A stretch of 64,000 nucleotides of DNA from Candidatus Bathyarchaeota archaeon. GTDB lineage: Archaea > Thermoproteota > CALKCG01 > B24 > DRYS01. Made by a program: the position numbers and the translations under genes. The notes beneath the pieces were generated by a model. The model did not search any database and was not told the DNA's origin. It saw only the letters and a list, made by a program, of their open reading frames with translations. How positions within the stretch are numbered: position 1 is the stretch's first letter; each line of letters starts with the position of its first letter. The stretch is from positions 32,001 through 96,000 of the forward strand of contig JAGTQC010000002.1 in assembly GCA_018396535.1 (NCBI GenBank), given 5' to 3'. Of this stretch, positions 29,335 to 39,924 are shown one piece after another.

Positions 29335-30405
29335 TTACTCTAAATAGTTAAAGCTTGTTAGAGATTGCACCTCCTCGCCTACTACATACATATCCTCATC
29401 TCTAACACCTACCATCCCTGGGATATATATCCCAGGCTCTATCGTTACTACACAGTCTTCTGGGATAGGCTTCTCATAAATTGGGCTTAAATATGGAGGC
29501 TCATGGATATCTAACCCGACTCCATGACCAAGCCCATGAATAAAGTACTCCCCATATCCTAGATCTACTAGAATTTTCCTCGCAGCTTTATCGATTTCTC
29601 TAGCTAACATTCCAGGTCTAAGGAGATTTAACGCTTCGTTCTTAGCTTTATGTACCGCTTCGAGGAGATAACTATACTTATGCTTGAAATCCCCAAGTAG
29701 GAATGTTCTAGTCATATCTGATCTATAAGATTCATATACAGCGCCTAGATCGATCACGACAATATCATTCTCCTCTATACGCCTATACGATGGTTTAGCA
29801 TGTGGTTTAGAAGATGAGGAGGATGAAGCTACTATAGTCTGAAACGCTACGGATTCTGCACCCATTTTACGCATAATATACTCTGCCTCGACCGCCAGCT
29901 CCCATTCAGATATCCCTGGTTCTAATATACTTGATACTTTATCCATAGTTCTCCTAGCTATTTCAGCAGCTCTAGCTATAAGTTTCATCTCATATGAATC
30001 TTTCTTCATTCTCATCTCCCATATAGTATCCATACATTCTCTGAGATTTGATGTTATCTTACCCATAGCTTCATAGTCTCTCACCGATAGCTTATCGAAA
30101 AATATAGTGGATGGCTTCACTTCAGAAAGTATACGAACCACCCTATCCATAAGCCTATCCTCAGGCCCATAGACTTCTAAACTTAGAGTTGATCCAACCT
30201 TAGCCTTAACCTCTTCTTCTTCAAGCTTAGGCAGTATAAGTGTAGCTTCATCACAATCGATTATTAAGCATCCTACGCCTACCCCAGCGAAGTAAAGTAG
30301 ATTTGATGAATCCGTCAGGATTATACAAGAACCCTCCTGCAACTCCAACTTATTTATCAATATATCTCTTCTTCTAACCATCACATCCTCCAATGCATAA
30401 TTCAC
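29335..30405 (-). CDS. pepQ: Xaa-Pro dipeptidase/aminopeptidase (M24B)
   Basis: DLGA..YRSDMTRT, HGLGHGVGLDIHE, TIEPGIY, GVRDED. Confidence 0.9.
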   Translation of the reverse strand: MNYALEDVMVRRRDILINKLELQEGSCIILTDSSNLLYFAGVGVGCLIIDCDEATLILPKLEEEEVKAKVGSTLSLEVYGPEDRLMDRVVRILSEVKPSTIFFDKLSVRDYEAMGKITSNLRECMDTIWEMRMKKDSYEMKLIARAAEIARRTMDKVSSILEPGISEWELAVEAEYIMRKMGAESVAFQTIVASSSSSSKPHAKPSYRRIEENDIVVIDLGAVYESYRSDMTRTFLLGDFKHKYSYLLEAVHKAKNEALNLLRPGMLAREIDKAARKILVDLGYGEYFIHGLGHGVGLDIHEPPYLSPIYEKPIPEDCVVTIEPGIYIPGMVGVRDEDMYVVGEEVQSLTSFNYLE

Positions 30406-30569
30406 CTCAGAGTATGCTATGGGACATATATCCTTGAAGCTAATATCTAGTTAGTATACAGGTTTTTAACTATTATAGTATATGAGGTTTAATCCTAAGT
30501 ATACTCGAGAATCTCCTAGTTACTAGATGATCGCCTAAAGAAGGTAGGGTAAGGAGATGTAGATGCATC

Positions 30570-33500
30570 ATGGTTTACATAAAGCGTATAGAAATTAAAG
30601 GGTTCAAATCATTCAAAAACCGGACGGTGATAAACCTATGCAAAGGTCTTAACGTTATAACAGGCCCTAACGGATCGGGAAAGAGCAATATAGTCGACGC
30701 TATAAGGTTTGCTTTAGGTGAGCTTAACCCTAGGATGCTAAGGGTTGAAAGATTCTCTGAGCTTATATGCGATAACCTAGATGCAGGATCTAGAAGAGCC
30801 TATGTAAAAATAGTATTAGATAACAGCGATAGAAAAATACCTATAGATAGCGGGGAAGTAGAGATTCAACGTTCGATAGATGAAAAAGGTAGGATGACTT
30901 ACAAGATTAATGGACGTAGATCATCAAGGGAAGCTATCGTAGATATGCTATCTGTTGCAGGTCTATCCCCTTCAGCTATAAACATAATTATGCAGGGTGC
31001 AGTAACCAGGATAGCTGATCTAACACCCAAACGTAGAAGAGAACTCCTGGAAGAGATAATAGGTATATCAATTTATGATGAAAAGAAGGCTAAAGCAGAG
31101 GAGGAGCTAAGGAGAGCTGAGATAAACTTTAGAGTAGCTGAAGCTAAGCTCGAAGCTATGCGGGAGCAGCTGGATAAACTATCTAGAGAAAGGGAGCAGG
31201 CTTTAAAGTATATTGATCTAAAAGCTAAGATCGCAAAGCTGAAGGTTACCCTGCTCTCAGCTAAAATTTTAAGCTTAAGGAGAGAGGTTGCTGAGCTATC
31301 TATAGACTACGAAAATACACGGTCAGAAATCGAAAAACTATTGAGATACCTTGAATCCCTCAAAGCTGAACGTAAGAGTTTAGAAGATGAGCTTGCAAAC
31401 ATACCGATACAACCTATCGAAGCTGATAACTTAACATCTCAGCTTTCACAGCTAAGGGAAGCTAAGGTTAGACTAGAGGAAACTTTAAAATCGATAGATG
31501 ACGAGATCTCATCAATCGAAAAGATACGAGGAAATCTGGCGGAGAGATTATCTAATGTAGAAATAGAGATTAAGTATTTAATCGAAAAGATAGAAGAACT
31601 ATCTAACGAAGAAAATGCATTAGTTAAAGCTTTAGATGAAAAAAGAGCTAAATATCGTTCATTTTTCGATCATATATGTAGTTTAGGATCACATTTCAAA
31701 AATGTAGCGAACGATATTGTTAGACTGCATAACGAGTACGTAGAATCTATTGCTATATACTCTCAGCTACGTAGCTCTATACTAGAATGTAATGCAAAGG
31801 TCTCAGTAATAGAGGAAGCTATTAAAGCTAGAGATGAGATGTTAAAGAAGCTCAATGATGTGGAAATATCTATAGAACAGCAGATGGAATCTATACGTTC
31901 AACTAAACTTCGACTTCGAGAAGTTGCTACTAAACTCCTCGATAAATTACAAACTCTATTATCGAAGATGAAAATGTTAGAGAATGAAACGGAAAAAGCA
32001 TCATCATTAGCATATAAGTGTGGGGAAATAATTTCATATTTGAAAGCACAACTAGAGACTATCGATAGATTAGCGAATATACAATTGCTGAGCGAAGCAA
32101 TCGACAGAATTATGCATGATAATCAAATACCAGGTGTATACGGATTATTATACAATAATATCAAATTTAAGGATGAATTTAAGATAGCTCTAGAATCTAT
32201 AGCGGGCGTATTTCTATATGCTGTTATTGTGAAAGATATAAATTCTTGTCTTATGTGTCTAGATAAATTGAAGAAATTAGGTATAGATAAAGCTATAGTT
32301 ATCCCACTTTCAGATATCAAACCTACTGTTTTATCAAATTATCCCTACATCGAGGGTATTTTAGGTCTATCTCTAAATTTTGTAGAATATAATCCAGAGT
32401 TTAAACCAGTAGTAGATCTACTATTCGGGAATACCCTTATAGTTTCGGATAGAAGAATAGCTATAGAACTTTCTAATAAAGGATTTAGATCTGTGACGAT
32501 CGAAGGTGAGTTATACGAACCTGAGGGGCCTATCAGATTAGGATCTTTCTTAAGACTTGATCATTCAAAATTCCTAGTTAAAAGCAAGCTTTTATCAAAT
32601 CTTATAGATCTATCTAGACGTTTAGAGAAAGCTCTGACTAACAAATCTGAGAGCTATAGACGTTTAGTAGAGGAATATAGAGCTATTCGTAGAAGATATA
32701 TTGAACTTGAAAAGTGGCTAGCGGTTATAGATGTATATCAGAATATACTCGAGAGAGAGATAATTCAACTTAATAAACGTAGAGATAATCTAGAAAAGAG
32801 TATAGCAGAACTACGCATAGAGTATGATCAGCTCATAAATAGAGTGAATTCTGAACGTACAGATATTATATCCTTCGAGAGAAAACTTAATCTCATAGCT
32901 AAACAGCTTTCAGAAATATCCTCCAAAACTATTTCATCAAATATCGATGAAAAAATCTTTAAGGAATTTTCAAATATAGCTGCTGAATTATCAATCCTAG
33001 AAGAAGATCTATTAAGAGTAAGGTCTGAAAAATCGATGCTTCAAGGTAAATTGGGTATGCTTGGAGATAGAGAATATACTATGCTTAAAGCTGAACTAGA
33101 TAGATTATTAGAGGATGCTTCATCCTTACAGAATCGACGTAAAGTGTTAGAGGAGCAGTTAAAGAATGTGACACACTCTATAGAGAGAATAGAATCTGAT
33201 ATCAGATCTAGATGTGTAGGAGAGAATTCAAAAGCCCCGGATCTATACGGAAGATTATCGGTTATTAGGAAGGAGATGGAAACTACTGAGGAATCGTATA
33301 GGATGCTCGTAGATAGATTACGTATGGTCGAAGCAGCTATCCATGAGAGAAAAGCTAAGTTAGAGTTGATGGAGGTTGAACTTCATAAGCTAGGCTTTGA
33401 AGAACCTGTACCTATAGATAGCCAGGATATTTCGTCATTAGAGAATTTAATAGTTAAGTACGAGACTGAAATAGAAGCGCTAGGCTCTGTTAACCTTCTA

Positions 33501-34091
33501 TCAGTAGATGAATACGAAGATGTTAAACGCAGACATGATGAACTAGCTAAGAAGGTTAATGTATTGAGAGAGGAGAAGTTATCCATAGAGAAGTTTATCG
33601 AAGAGATTGAAAGCGAGAAGAAACGTGTATTCATGGAATTTCTAGATAGATTAAATTCTAAGCTTAGGGAGGTATTCAGTAAATTTACTAGCGGAGGGGA
33701 TGCATGGCTTGAACCCGAGGATAAAACCAACATATTTAATGGAGGTATAGACCTTATAACGGCGTTCCCAGGTAAACCTAGACGCTCTCTAAGCATAGCT
33801 AGTGGTGGCGAGAAGACTATAGCAGCTCTATCTTTTGTATTCGCTCTATCCAAATTGAATCCCACAACTGTATATATACTAGATGAAGTCGATGCCCACT
33901 TAGACCCGGTAAATCTAGAAAGGCTAGCCTCAGCTTTAAAAGATCTATCCAATGAGAGCCAGATTATAGTGATAAGCTTGAAAGATGTTATAGCATCTAA
34001 AGCTGATAAGATCTACGGCATATACTCTAAGGGAGGCTTATCTAAAGTTGTAGCTGCAGTTATGAATGTGGAGGCTATTAGTAATGGGTGA
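30570..34091 (+). CDS. smc: chromosome segregation protein Smc
   Basis: GFKSF, GPNGSGKSN, central hinge, SGGEK, LDEVDAHLD; 1173 aa. Confidence 0.93.
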   Translation: MVYIKRIEIKGFKSFKNRTVINLCKGLNVITGPNGSGKSNIVDAIRFALGELNPRMLRVERFSELICDNLDAGSRRAYVKIVLDNSDRKIPIDSGEVEIQRSIDEKGRMTYKINGRRSSREAIVDMLSVAGLSPSAINIIMQGAVTRIADLTPKRRRELLEEIIGISIYDEKKAKAEEELRRAEINFRVAEAKLEAMREQLDKLSREREQALKYIDLKAKIAKLKVTLLSAKILSLRREVAELSIDYENTRSEIEKLLRYLESLKAERKSLEDELANIPIQPIEADNLTSQLSQLREAKVRLEETLKSIDDEISSIEKIRGNLAERLSNVEIEIKYLIEKIEELSNEENALVKALDEKRAKYRSFFDHICSLGSHFKNVANDIVRLHNEYVESIAIYSQLRSSILECNAKVSVIEEAIKARDEMLKKLNDVEISIEQQMESIRSTKLRLREVATKLLDKLQTLLSKMKMLENETEKASSLAYKCGEIISYLKAQLETIDRLANIQLLSEAIDRIMHDNQIPGVYGLLYNNIKFKDEFKIALESIAGVFLYAVIVKDINSCLMCLDKLKKLGIDKAIVIPLSDIKPTVLSNYPYIEGILGLSLNFVEYNPEFKPVVDLLFGNTLIVSDRRIAIELSNKGFRSVTIEGELYEPEGPIRLGSFLRLDHSKFLVKSKLLSNLIDLSRRLEKALTNKSESYRRLVEEYRAIRRRYIELEKWLAVIDVYQNILEREIIQLNKRRDNLEKSIAELRIEYDQLINRVNSERTDIISFERKLNLIAKQLSEISSKTISSNIDEKIFKEFSNIAAELSILEEDLLRVRSEKSMLQGKLGMLGDREYTMLKAELDRLLEDASSLQNRRKVLEEQLKNVTHSIERIESDIRSRCVGENSKAPDLYGRLSVIRKEMETTEESYRMLVDRLRMVEAAIHERKAKLELMEVELHKLGFEEPVPIDSQDISSLENLIVKYETEIEALGSVNLLSVDEYEDVKRRHDELAKKVNVLREEKLSIEKFIEEIESEKKRVFMEFLDRLNSKLREVFSKFTSGGDAWLEPEDKTNIFNGGIDLITAFPGKPRRSLSIASGGEKTIAALSFVFALSKLNPTTVYILDEVDAHLDPVNLERLASALKDLSNESQIIVISLKDVIASKADKIYGIYSKGGLSKVVAAVMNVEAISNG

Positions 34092-34788
34092 GAAACCATT
34101 CTGGCTTGAAGAACCATGGATTACTCTCATAGATTTATCTAAGATGAGTTCTATAGATCCATGGTCTATAGATTTAAAGATGCTTATCCTAGGATTTTTA
34201 GAGAAACTTAAATCCTATGGGTTGATAAATTTCTCCATACCAGGAATTGTTCTTCTATCATCTGCTACAATATTCAAACTTAAAGTTGAATATATATTCA
34301 AACCGTTTACTGTTAAAGTCGAAAAAGATAGAGAACAGTCTGAGGGGAAAACTAGAACTACACCTACGTTGGATATCCCGACGATAGATCTCCCATTAAG
34401 GTATAACTTTGCTTCACTCGATATAGAATCCATCTTAAAACTATTGATAGAAGTTCTTGAAGAAGCTAGTAAAGTTAGGATCGAGCCACCCTCCATAGAT
34501 AAACTTATCGAAGATTCTCAATCGTTCATACTTGAGGAGAGCTTTGAATCTAAGATAGAGACTTGGATAGGTGAATTAGAGGAGAGAATAAGAACCTTAT
34601 TATGGAGCGGATACGAGTATATAAGCTTCCGAAAAATTGTAGAGAATATGGATCTGCGAAGTCAGATTAGGATGTTTATAGCTCTACTCTTCCTCGCTCA
34701 TCAAGGTAAAGTCGATTTATTTCAAGATGAATCTGAATCTGATCTAATCATATCTGTGGAGGGTTATAAGGTTTGGTTGAAGAGTTAA
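34066..34788 (+). CDS. scpA: kleisin ScpA (ATG at 34084 plausible)
   Basis: IDPWSIDL, FIALLFLAHQGKVDLFQ. Confidence 0.88.
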   Translation: MWRLLVMGEKPFWLEEPWITLIDLSKMSSIDPWSIDLKMLILGFLEKLKSYGLINFSIPGIVLLSSATIFKLKVEYIFKPFTVKVEKDREQSEGKTRTTPTLDIPTIDLPLRYNFASLDIESILKLLIEVLEEASKVRIEPPSIDKLIEDSQSFILEESFESKIETWIGELEERIRTLLWSGYEYISFRKIVENMDLRSQIRMFIALLFLAHQGKVDLFQDESESDLIISVEGYKVWLKS

Positions 34789-35333
34789 AGAAGATAGTTG
34801 AAGCCATACTCTATGTAGCTGGTAGACCTATAGAAATTTCTAAGATACACAAGGTTTTGAAGAAGTTCTTTCCATCCATAGATATGGAGGATATACGTAG
34901 AGCTATACTACAGCTTATGGATGATCTCAACACCTACGGCTCAGCCTTAGAGGTTATACAACTTCCTGGTGATAAATTCGTCTTACAACTTAAACCTGAA
35001 TACTCTGATATAGCTAAGTTTTTCGCTTTCACATCACCTATAAGTAAAGGTTTACTAAAGACTTTATCATATATTGCTTTTAATCAGCCAGTATCTTTAA
35101 GCCAAGTTGCAAAAGTTAGAGGTAGCTCAGCATACCGTCATGTACGTGAGTTGAAGCGTATGAAACTAATATCGTTTGAGAAAAAGGGTAGAGAAACCAT
35201 ACTATACACTAGTAATAATTTCAATGAGATGATGGGTTTATCAGGGACGCCATCAGAGATATCTGAAATTCTAAGAAGACTTTTTTCCTCTAAGCATGGA
35301 GAAGGTACATTGAGACTACCGAATTTATCGTGA
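34773..35333 (+). CDS. scpB: ScpB
   Basis: VEAILYVAGRP, LKTLSYIAFNQPV, VRG...HVREL. Confidence 0.9.
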   Translation: MVEELKKIVEAILYVAGRPIEISKIHKVLKKFFPSIDMEDIRRAILQLMDDLNTYGSALEVIQLPGDKFVLQLKPEYSDIAKFFAFTSPISKGLLKTLSYIAFNQPVSLSQVAKVRGSSAYRHVRELKRMKLISFEKKGRETILYTSNNFNEMMGLSGTPSEISEILRRLFSSKHGEGTLRLPNLS

Positions 35334-35380
35334 TAGAATTTATATATAGGCTCCCTCTCCTAGATGGATGAGATGCAGAG

Positions 35381-35776
35381 ATGCCTATCTGGCATTGGGA
35401 TCTACATAAGCGTAAGCAATCAGGTGGTAAACGTAGAGCTTATCGTGGTAAACGTAGGTATGAAAGCGGGGGGTATCCTACCGAGACTATTGTAGGTACC
35501 CCTAAGCGTAAGGTAGAACGAGCTATGGGTGGTAACGTTAAAGTTAAACTACTATCTGATAATATCGTAAATGTATCTGATCCATCAACTGGTAAAACCG
35601 TTAGAACAGAGATTCTAAGAGTCGTTAAGAATCAGAGTAACATAGATTATGATCGAAGGGGTGTACTAACAAAGGGAGCTATAGTAGCTACCCAACTTGG
35701 ATTAGCTAGGATAACATCTCGTCCAGGTCAGGATGGTGTTCTAAATGCTATCCTTATAGAATCTTCTTCTAGATGA
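35381..35776 (+). CDS. rps8e: 30S ribosomal protein S8e
   Basis: RKQSGGK, GGNVKVKL, TSRPGQDGVLNA. Confidence 0.96.
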   Translation: MPIWHWDLHKRKQSGGKRRAYRGKRRYESGGYPTETIVGTPKRKVERAMGGNVKVKLLSDNIVNVSDPSTGKTVRTEILRVVKNQSNIDYDRRGVLTKGAIVATQLGLARITSRPGQDGVLNAILIESSSR

Positions 35777-35787
35777 TATGATTAGGT

Positions 35788-36096
35788 ATGAAACTTAAGA
35801 ATCGTGTGATAGTATGGCTGGTCTATCTAGATTCTAAGCGTTCGAGAAGATCTGGTAGACGCTTACCTAGGGATATAGCTGTAGATAATCCTAAATTGGA
35901 AGAGTTGATCGAAGCTGCTAAGAAGCTGAATCTAAACCCTGAAGCTTATCCTAATAAAGCTTATCCTAGATCATGGTGGGATGAAACAGGGTATATTATA
36001 GTAGATAAAAAGTGGCCTAAACAAGAGCTTCTAAAGAAACTTGCTGAAGAGATTGCTAAGATTAGAATTGATAAATCTAAGATGATCTCGAGGTAG
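35788..36096 (+). CDS. srp19: signal recognition particle protein Srp19
   Basis: YLDSKRSRRSGRRLP, AVDNP, KAYPRSWW. Confidence 0.93.
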   Translation: MKLKNRVIVWLVYLDSKRSRRSGRRLPRDIAVDNPKLEELIEAAKKLNLNPEAYPNKAYPRSWWDETGYIIVDKKWPKQELLKKLAEEIAKIRIDKSKMISR

Positions 36097-36206
36097 AGTA
36101 TTTTCCAATCTCAAACTATTTAAGTCTAACCTTATAGTATTATGTTTACCCTGAATAAGATTTATTTAGGAGGCTATTACCGTTTCGTAGGTAGGGTGAG
36201 GCTGAG

Positions 36207-36596
36207 ATGCCTAAACCTATGTATGTAAGGTTTGATGTTCCGAAAGAGCTGGCGGATGCGGCCTATGAGCTATTGGTTACTGTAAGGAATTCTGGAGGTA
36301 AAGTGAAGAAGGGGGCTAATGAAGTAACTAAAGCCGTAGATAGAGGTCTAGCTAAACTTGTATTGATAGCTGAAGATGTAGATCCACCGGAGATAGTAGC
36401 GCATTTACCATTGTTATGCGAGGAGAGGAAAATTCCATACGTTTATGTCCCATCTAAACAGAAGCTCGGAGAGGCTTCAGGTATAGAGGTTCAGGCATCC
36501 TCCGCATGTATAATAGATCCGGGAGAAGCTAAAGATGTACTCCAAGCGTTTATAGAGAAACTTAACGCTCTACGTAAGGGTGGTACTAGGGGTTGA
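36207..36596 (+). CDS. rpl7ae: 50S ribosomal protein L7Ae
   Basis: [29 protein letters not shown]. Confidence 0.97.
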   Translation: MPKPMYVRFDVPKELADAAYELLVTVRNSGGKVKKGANEVTKAVDRGLAKLVLIAEDVDPPEIVAHLPLLCEERKIPYVYVPSKQKLGEASGIEVQASSACIIDPGEAKDVLQAFIEKLNALRKGGTRG

Positions 36597-36802
36597 GCTA
36601 TAGAGAGGATGTAACCCCCGCCGAGGTTATACAGATATTAGGTAGAACTGGGCCTACAGGCGAGGTTCAGATAGTTAGAGTAAAGATACTAGAAGGTAAG
36701 GATTCTGGACGTATAATATCTAGGATAGTTAAGGGGCCTGTACGTGTAGGAGATATACTTATGCTTAGAGAGACTGAGAGAGAGGCTAGAGGCCTCAGGT
36801 GA
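36593..36802 (+). CDS. rps28e: 30S ribosomal protein S28e
   Basis: [27 protein letters not shown]. Confidence 0.96.
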   Translation: MSYREDVTPAEVIQILGRTGPTGEVQIVRVKILEGKDSGRIISRIVKGPVRVGDILMLRETEREARGLR

Positions 36803-36806
36803 TCCT

Positions 36807-37019
36807 ATGCCTAGGGATAGGACCTGCGTATTCTGCGGTGGTAAGATACCTCCAGGGACAGGTCTACTATTTGTTAGAAACGATGGGAGCCTACTATGGT
36901 TCTGTTCTCGTAAATGTAGGGTTAGTATGCTTAAGATGCATAGGGATCCTAGAAAGCTTAAATGGACGATTCACCATGGTAAGAAGGAAATAGTTAAACC
37001 TACAGATCAGCATCTTTAG
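36807..37019 (+). CDS. rpl24e: 50S ribosomal protein L24e
   Basis: CVFCG..IPPGTG, FCSRKC, PRKLKWT. Confidence 0.96.
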   Translation: MPRDRTCVFCGGKIPPGTGLLFVRNDGSLLWFCSRKCRVSMLKMHRDPRKLKWTIHHGKKEIVKPTDQHL

Positions 37020-37033
37020 GAGGCTGTTAATCC

Positions 37034-37645
37034 TTGAAGATAATCGTAGTCGCTGTTCCAGGAGGAGGTAAAACCACGATAATGAATTATGTAAAAAAGA
37101 GAAAGCCTGATGTAGTTATAGTGAATTTCGGAGATTATATGTTTGATATAGCTAAGATACGTTTCGGTATAAAGGATCGAGACGAGATGCGTAGAAAGAT
37201 ACCTGTAGATCAATATAGAGCTATCCAGGAGGAGGCTGCTAAACGTATAGCAGAGCTTAAAGGAGATGTCCTGATAGATACCCATGCAGCTATAAAGAAG
37301 CCTGAAGGCTTCTACCCGGGTCTACCAGACTATGTAGTCTCTCTGATGAAGCCCGACGTCATACTACTATTCGAATTCGATCCCTATGTAGTTCTACAGC
37401 GTAGGATGAAGGATATACGTGGTGAAGGTGCTACCCTGAGAACTGGTAGAGATGTAGAGTCTGTGGGAGAGATAGAAGCTCACCAACAGGCTAATAGATA
37501 CTTCGCTTTCGCAGCTGCTAACGCATCCGGATGTACCGTTAAGATAGTGGATCTAAGATTCAAGGAGAGCCGCCCATTCGAACATGCAGAGGTAGGAGCT
37601 GAAGAGATAGTGAAGCTATTCGAAGGATCAACCCTTACCTATTAG
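37034..37645 (+). CDS. adkA: archaeal adenylate kinase
   Basis: VPGGGKTT, VNFGDYM, RDEMRR, IDTHAAI, GFYPGLP. Confidence 0.88.
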   Translation: MKIIVVAVPGGGKTTIMNYVKKRKPDVVIVNFGDYMFDIAKIRFGIKDRDEMRRKIPVDQYRAIQEEAAKRIAELKGDVLIDTHAAIKKPEGFYPGLPDYVVSLMKPDVILLFEFDPYVVLQRRMKDIRGEGATLRTGRDVESVGEIEAHQQANRYFAFAAANASGCTVKIVDLRFKESRPFEHAEVGAEEIVKLFEGSTLTY

Positions 37646-38212
37646 CCTATAGTAGACGGTTGCAGGGCATCCTACGCATCTCCCCTCCATATAGCTTTTA
37701 CAAGGTCTACAATCTACACCGCATGGAGGCTTCTCTAAACCTCTGCCCATAAGGTTTAATCTTACAGGTATATATGGCTCATATAGTACGCCTCCTATAG
37801 GATAATACTCGACTCTAGCTACACCATCCAAACTCTTGATAGAACATCCCGCAGAAGATATACAGTGTAGCGTCCTATAATCTTCAGCTATCATCAAAGC
37901 TACGAGATTATAGCTTCCAAGAACAGGGAGGAACCATACAATCCTAGGGCACTCCCTAAACCTCTTGATAATAGAGTCCATAAACCTCTTATTTTTAACA
38001 TCTACAAATACTAACAGGGGTATCCAGCCTAATAGCTCTATGTTAACGCTAGCTGAAACCTTGATGACATTATTTCTGAAAAGTCCATCAAGCCTCTTCT
38101 TAACACCCATAACCGTATATCCAATTTCCTCGCTTAACTCTTTAAGAGTAGCCCTCCCATCTACCGCTAGTCGTGAGATCAACTTCCGGTCAACTTCGTC
38201 TAGAATATTCAT
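37628..38212 (-). CDS. Lrp/AsnC regulator with Cys-rich C-terminal tail
   Basis: LDEVDRKLI...DGR HTH; tail CGVDCRPCKSYMEGRCVGCP. Confidence 0.85.
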   Translation of the reverse strand: MNILDEVDRKLISRLAVDGRATLKELSEEIGYTVMGVKKRLDGLFRNNVIKVSASVNIELLGWIPLLVFVDVKNKRFMDSIIKRFRECPRIVWFLPVLGSYNLVALMIAEDYRTLHCISSAGCSIKSLDGVARVEYYPIGGVLYEPYIPVRLNLMGRGLEKPPCGVDCRPCKSYMEGRCVGCPATVYYRLIGKG

Positions 38213-38214
38213 GA

Positions 38215-38229
38215 GTTTAGATTATAAAC
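38215..38229. promoter_or_regulatory. palindromic operator GTTTA-N5-TAAAC (imperfect second copy 38246-38260)
   Basis: GTTTAGATTATAAAC in the divergent lrp/TSUP promoter. Confidence 0.6.
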
Positions 38230-38265
38230 AAAACTTTATATAAACGTTTAGAATAGAAACCCTAT

Positions 38266-39208
38266 ATGCATGAAGAAGCTTTTGGTAAAGCACGGCGGAA
38301 GCTACTACCCGCTATGCTGAAGGAATATTTTCCAACATTAATGTTATTAATGGTTATTGGATTATTTATAGTCGGAGCATTTTCGTCTGGAAATCAGATT
38401 TAGAAAGGGACGCTACAGATTTCATTATTTGATGGAATCTTGTTGACTATCATAGGGTTTGCAGCTGGATTGCTTGGAGGGCTTATCGGTACTGGAGGAT
38501 GTAGTATCATATTGCCTACACTACATTTTTGGCTAGGCTACCCAGCTCCACTAGTTATAGGAACAACATTATTTGCCGTTATCTTCACAACACTCTCTGG
38601 AGCCTATGGGCATCTTATAAGGAAGAATCTCGATAAGAATGCAGCTTTATGGATCGGGGTTAGGCACTCTAGGTGTTCTTGTCGGCTCCTGGCTTTTTAC
38701 GATACTCGTTGAATATGTCAGCATACTGAATCTTATCCTTGGTATCGTATTTCTTTGGACATCATGTAGAATGATAGTTGAGGGTATAGGTATCGCTAAA
38801 TCTAAAGCAGATAAACAAGGGAAGAATATCCCCGGATCGAGAATGGAGATGGGTATTTTCGGTTCCATAATAGGAGTCTTAACAGGTATCGTCGGTTTAG
38901 GTGGTGGATACGCTCTTGTCCCTGGATTGATATACCTGTTTAACGTTCCAGTCTACGTTACGATGGGAACATCCCTAGCGTCGATGATCCCGTTAGCTGT
39001 TGCCGGCGGAGTGGTAAAGGCGGCTCAAGGCTATGTCGTATTAAGCGCTGGATTTTTACTTGCTGCGGGGGCTATCGTAGGCGCGCAGCTTGGAGCGGCG
39101 TTAATCAAAAAGTTTAAGCCAAACACATTGAAGCTAATATTCGGAGCTTACTTTCTTTACGTTGCACTCAAGTTTATAACAGGATACTTTGGAATCATGA
39201 TATGGTGA
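38266..39208 (+). pseudogene. TSUP/TauE sulfite-exporter family gene with in-frame TAG (38401-38403) and a frameshift near 38656
   Basis: GLIGTGGCSII and GIVGLGGGYALVP halves lie in different frames; upstream frame MLKEYFPTL...NQI*KGTLQ is continuous across the stop. Confidence 0.75.
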
Positions 39209-39438
39209 AAATTTTGTATAGAAAGTATAATGTTAATATTTATATCCCTGCACTCTGAATAAGACTATTACTTCACTCTCATTGCTACAGGCATTTATAC
39301 ATTTTTAGAGATGAAATGAGCTAAGCTTAAGGGTTATGATCCACTTTATAAATCTTAATAACGGATTTGTAAGATGGCTTATCTGGTTATTTTCCTAGCT
39401 ATAAGAGTTAGTATATGGTTTAATATTTCAAGTTTTTT

Positions 39439-39453
39439 GTTTAAAAATTAAAC
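39439..39453. promoter_or_regulatory. palindromic operator GTTTA-N5-TAAAC
   Basis: GTTTAAAAATTAAAC upstream of the 39535 operon. Confidence 0.55.
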
Positions 39454-39534
39454 GAGGTTTTACTTATTAAATTTTATATAAAAATTTCTATAATTTAGCC
39501 TTATATTATACCTATGTAATCTCTGGTATGTGGT

Positions 39535-39924
39535 ATGTCTAGCAGACCTAGATTCGTAATGTGCATATGTACTGGTGAATGTCCTGGGTTTGCTAAGCTC
39601 GATCTATGGAAGCTGGTGAACTATATACGTAACGAGCTTGATGTAGAGTATGCGATAATACATCCACAGCTATGCGTAGATGATGGCGATAGATTCTTCA
39701 GGGATTATCTTAAGGAAGGCCCTACAGATATAGTCTATATCATAGGCGGCTGTGATCCTAGGATGCAGAGGAGACTCTTCAGAGAGGCTTTCGAATCTAA
39801 GAAGCTCGATATGGATAGAAACCTGGTATCTTTGGATCTTAGAAATATGAGTACTGAGGAAGCTATGAGGAAAGTTGCCGAAGCCGTAGAGGGGGTTAAG
39901 AGGAGGGTTAGAACTGATGGTTGA
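39535..39924 (+). CDS. stand-alone protein resembling the HdrA N-terminal domain
   Basis: CxC...LC..DG...GGCDPR...FR...DLRN spacing parallels HdrA CHC...MCS..G...AACSPR..FR..NIRE. Confidence 0.6.
   Translation: MSSRPRFVMCICTGECPGFAKLDLWKLVNYIRNELDVEYAIIHPQLCVDDGDRFFRDYLKEGPTDIVYIIGGCDPRMQRRLFREAFESKKLDMDRNLVSLDLRNMSTEEAMRKVAEAVEGVKRRVRTDG

Noticed and set aside
38401-38403. TAG read-through (pyrrolysine) in the TSUP gene
   Set aside because: TAG ends many ordinary genes here, no pyl genes are in the window, and the gene also has a frameshift
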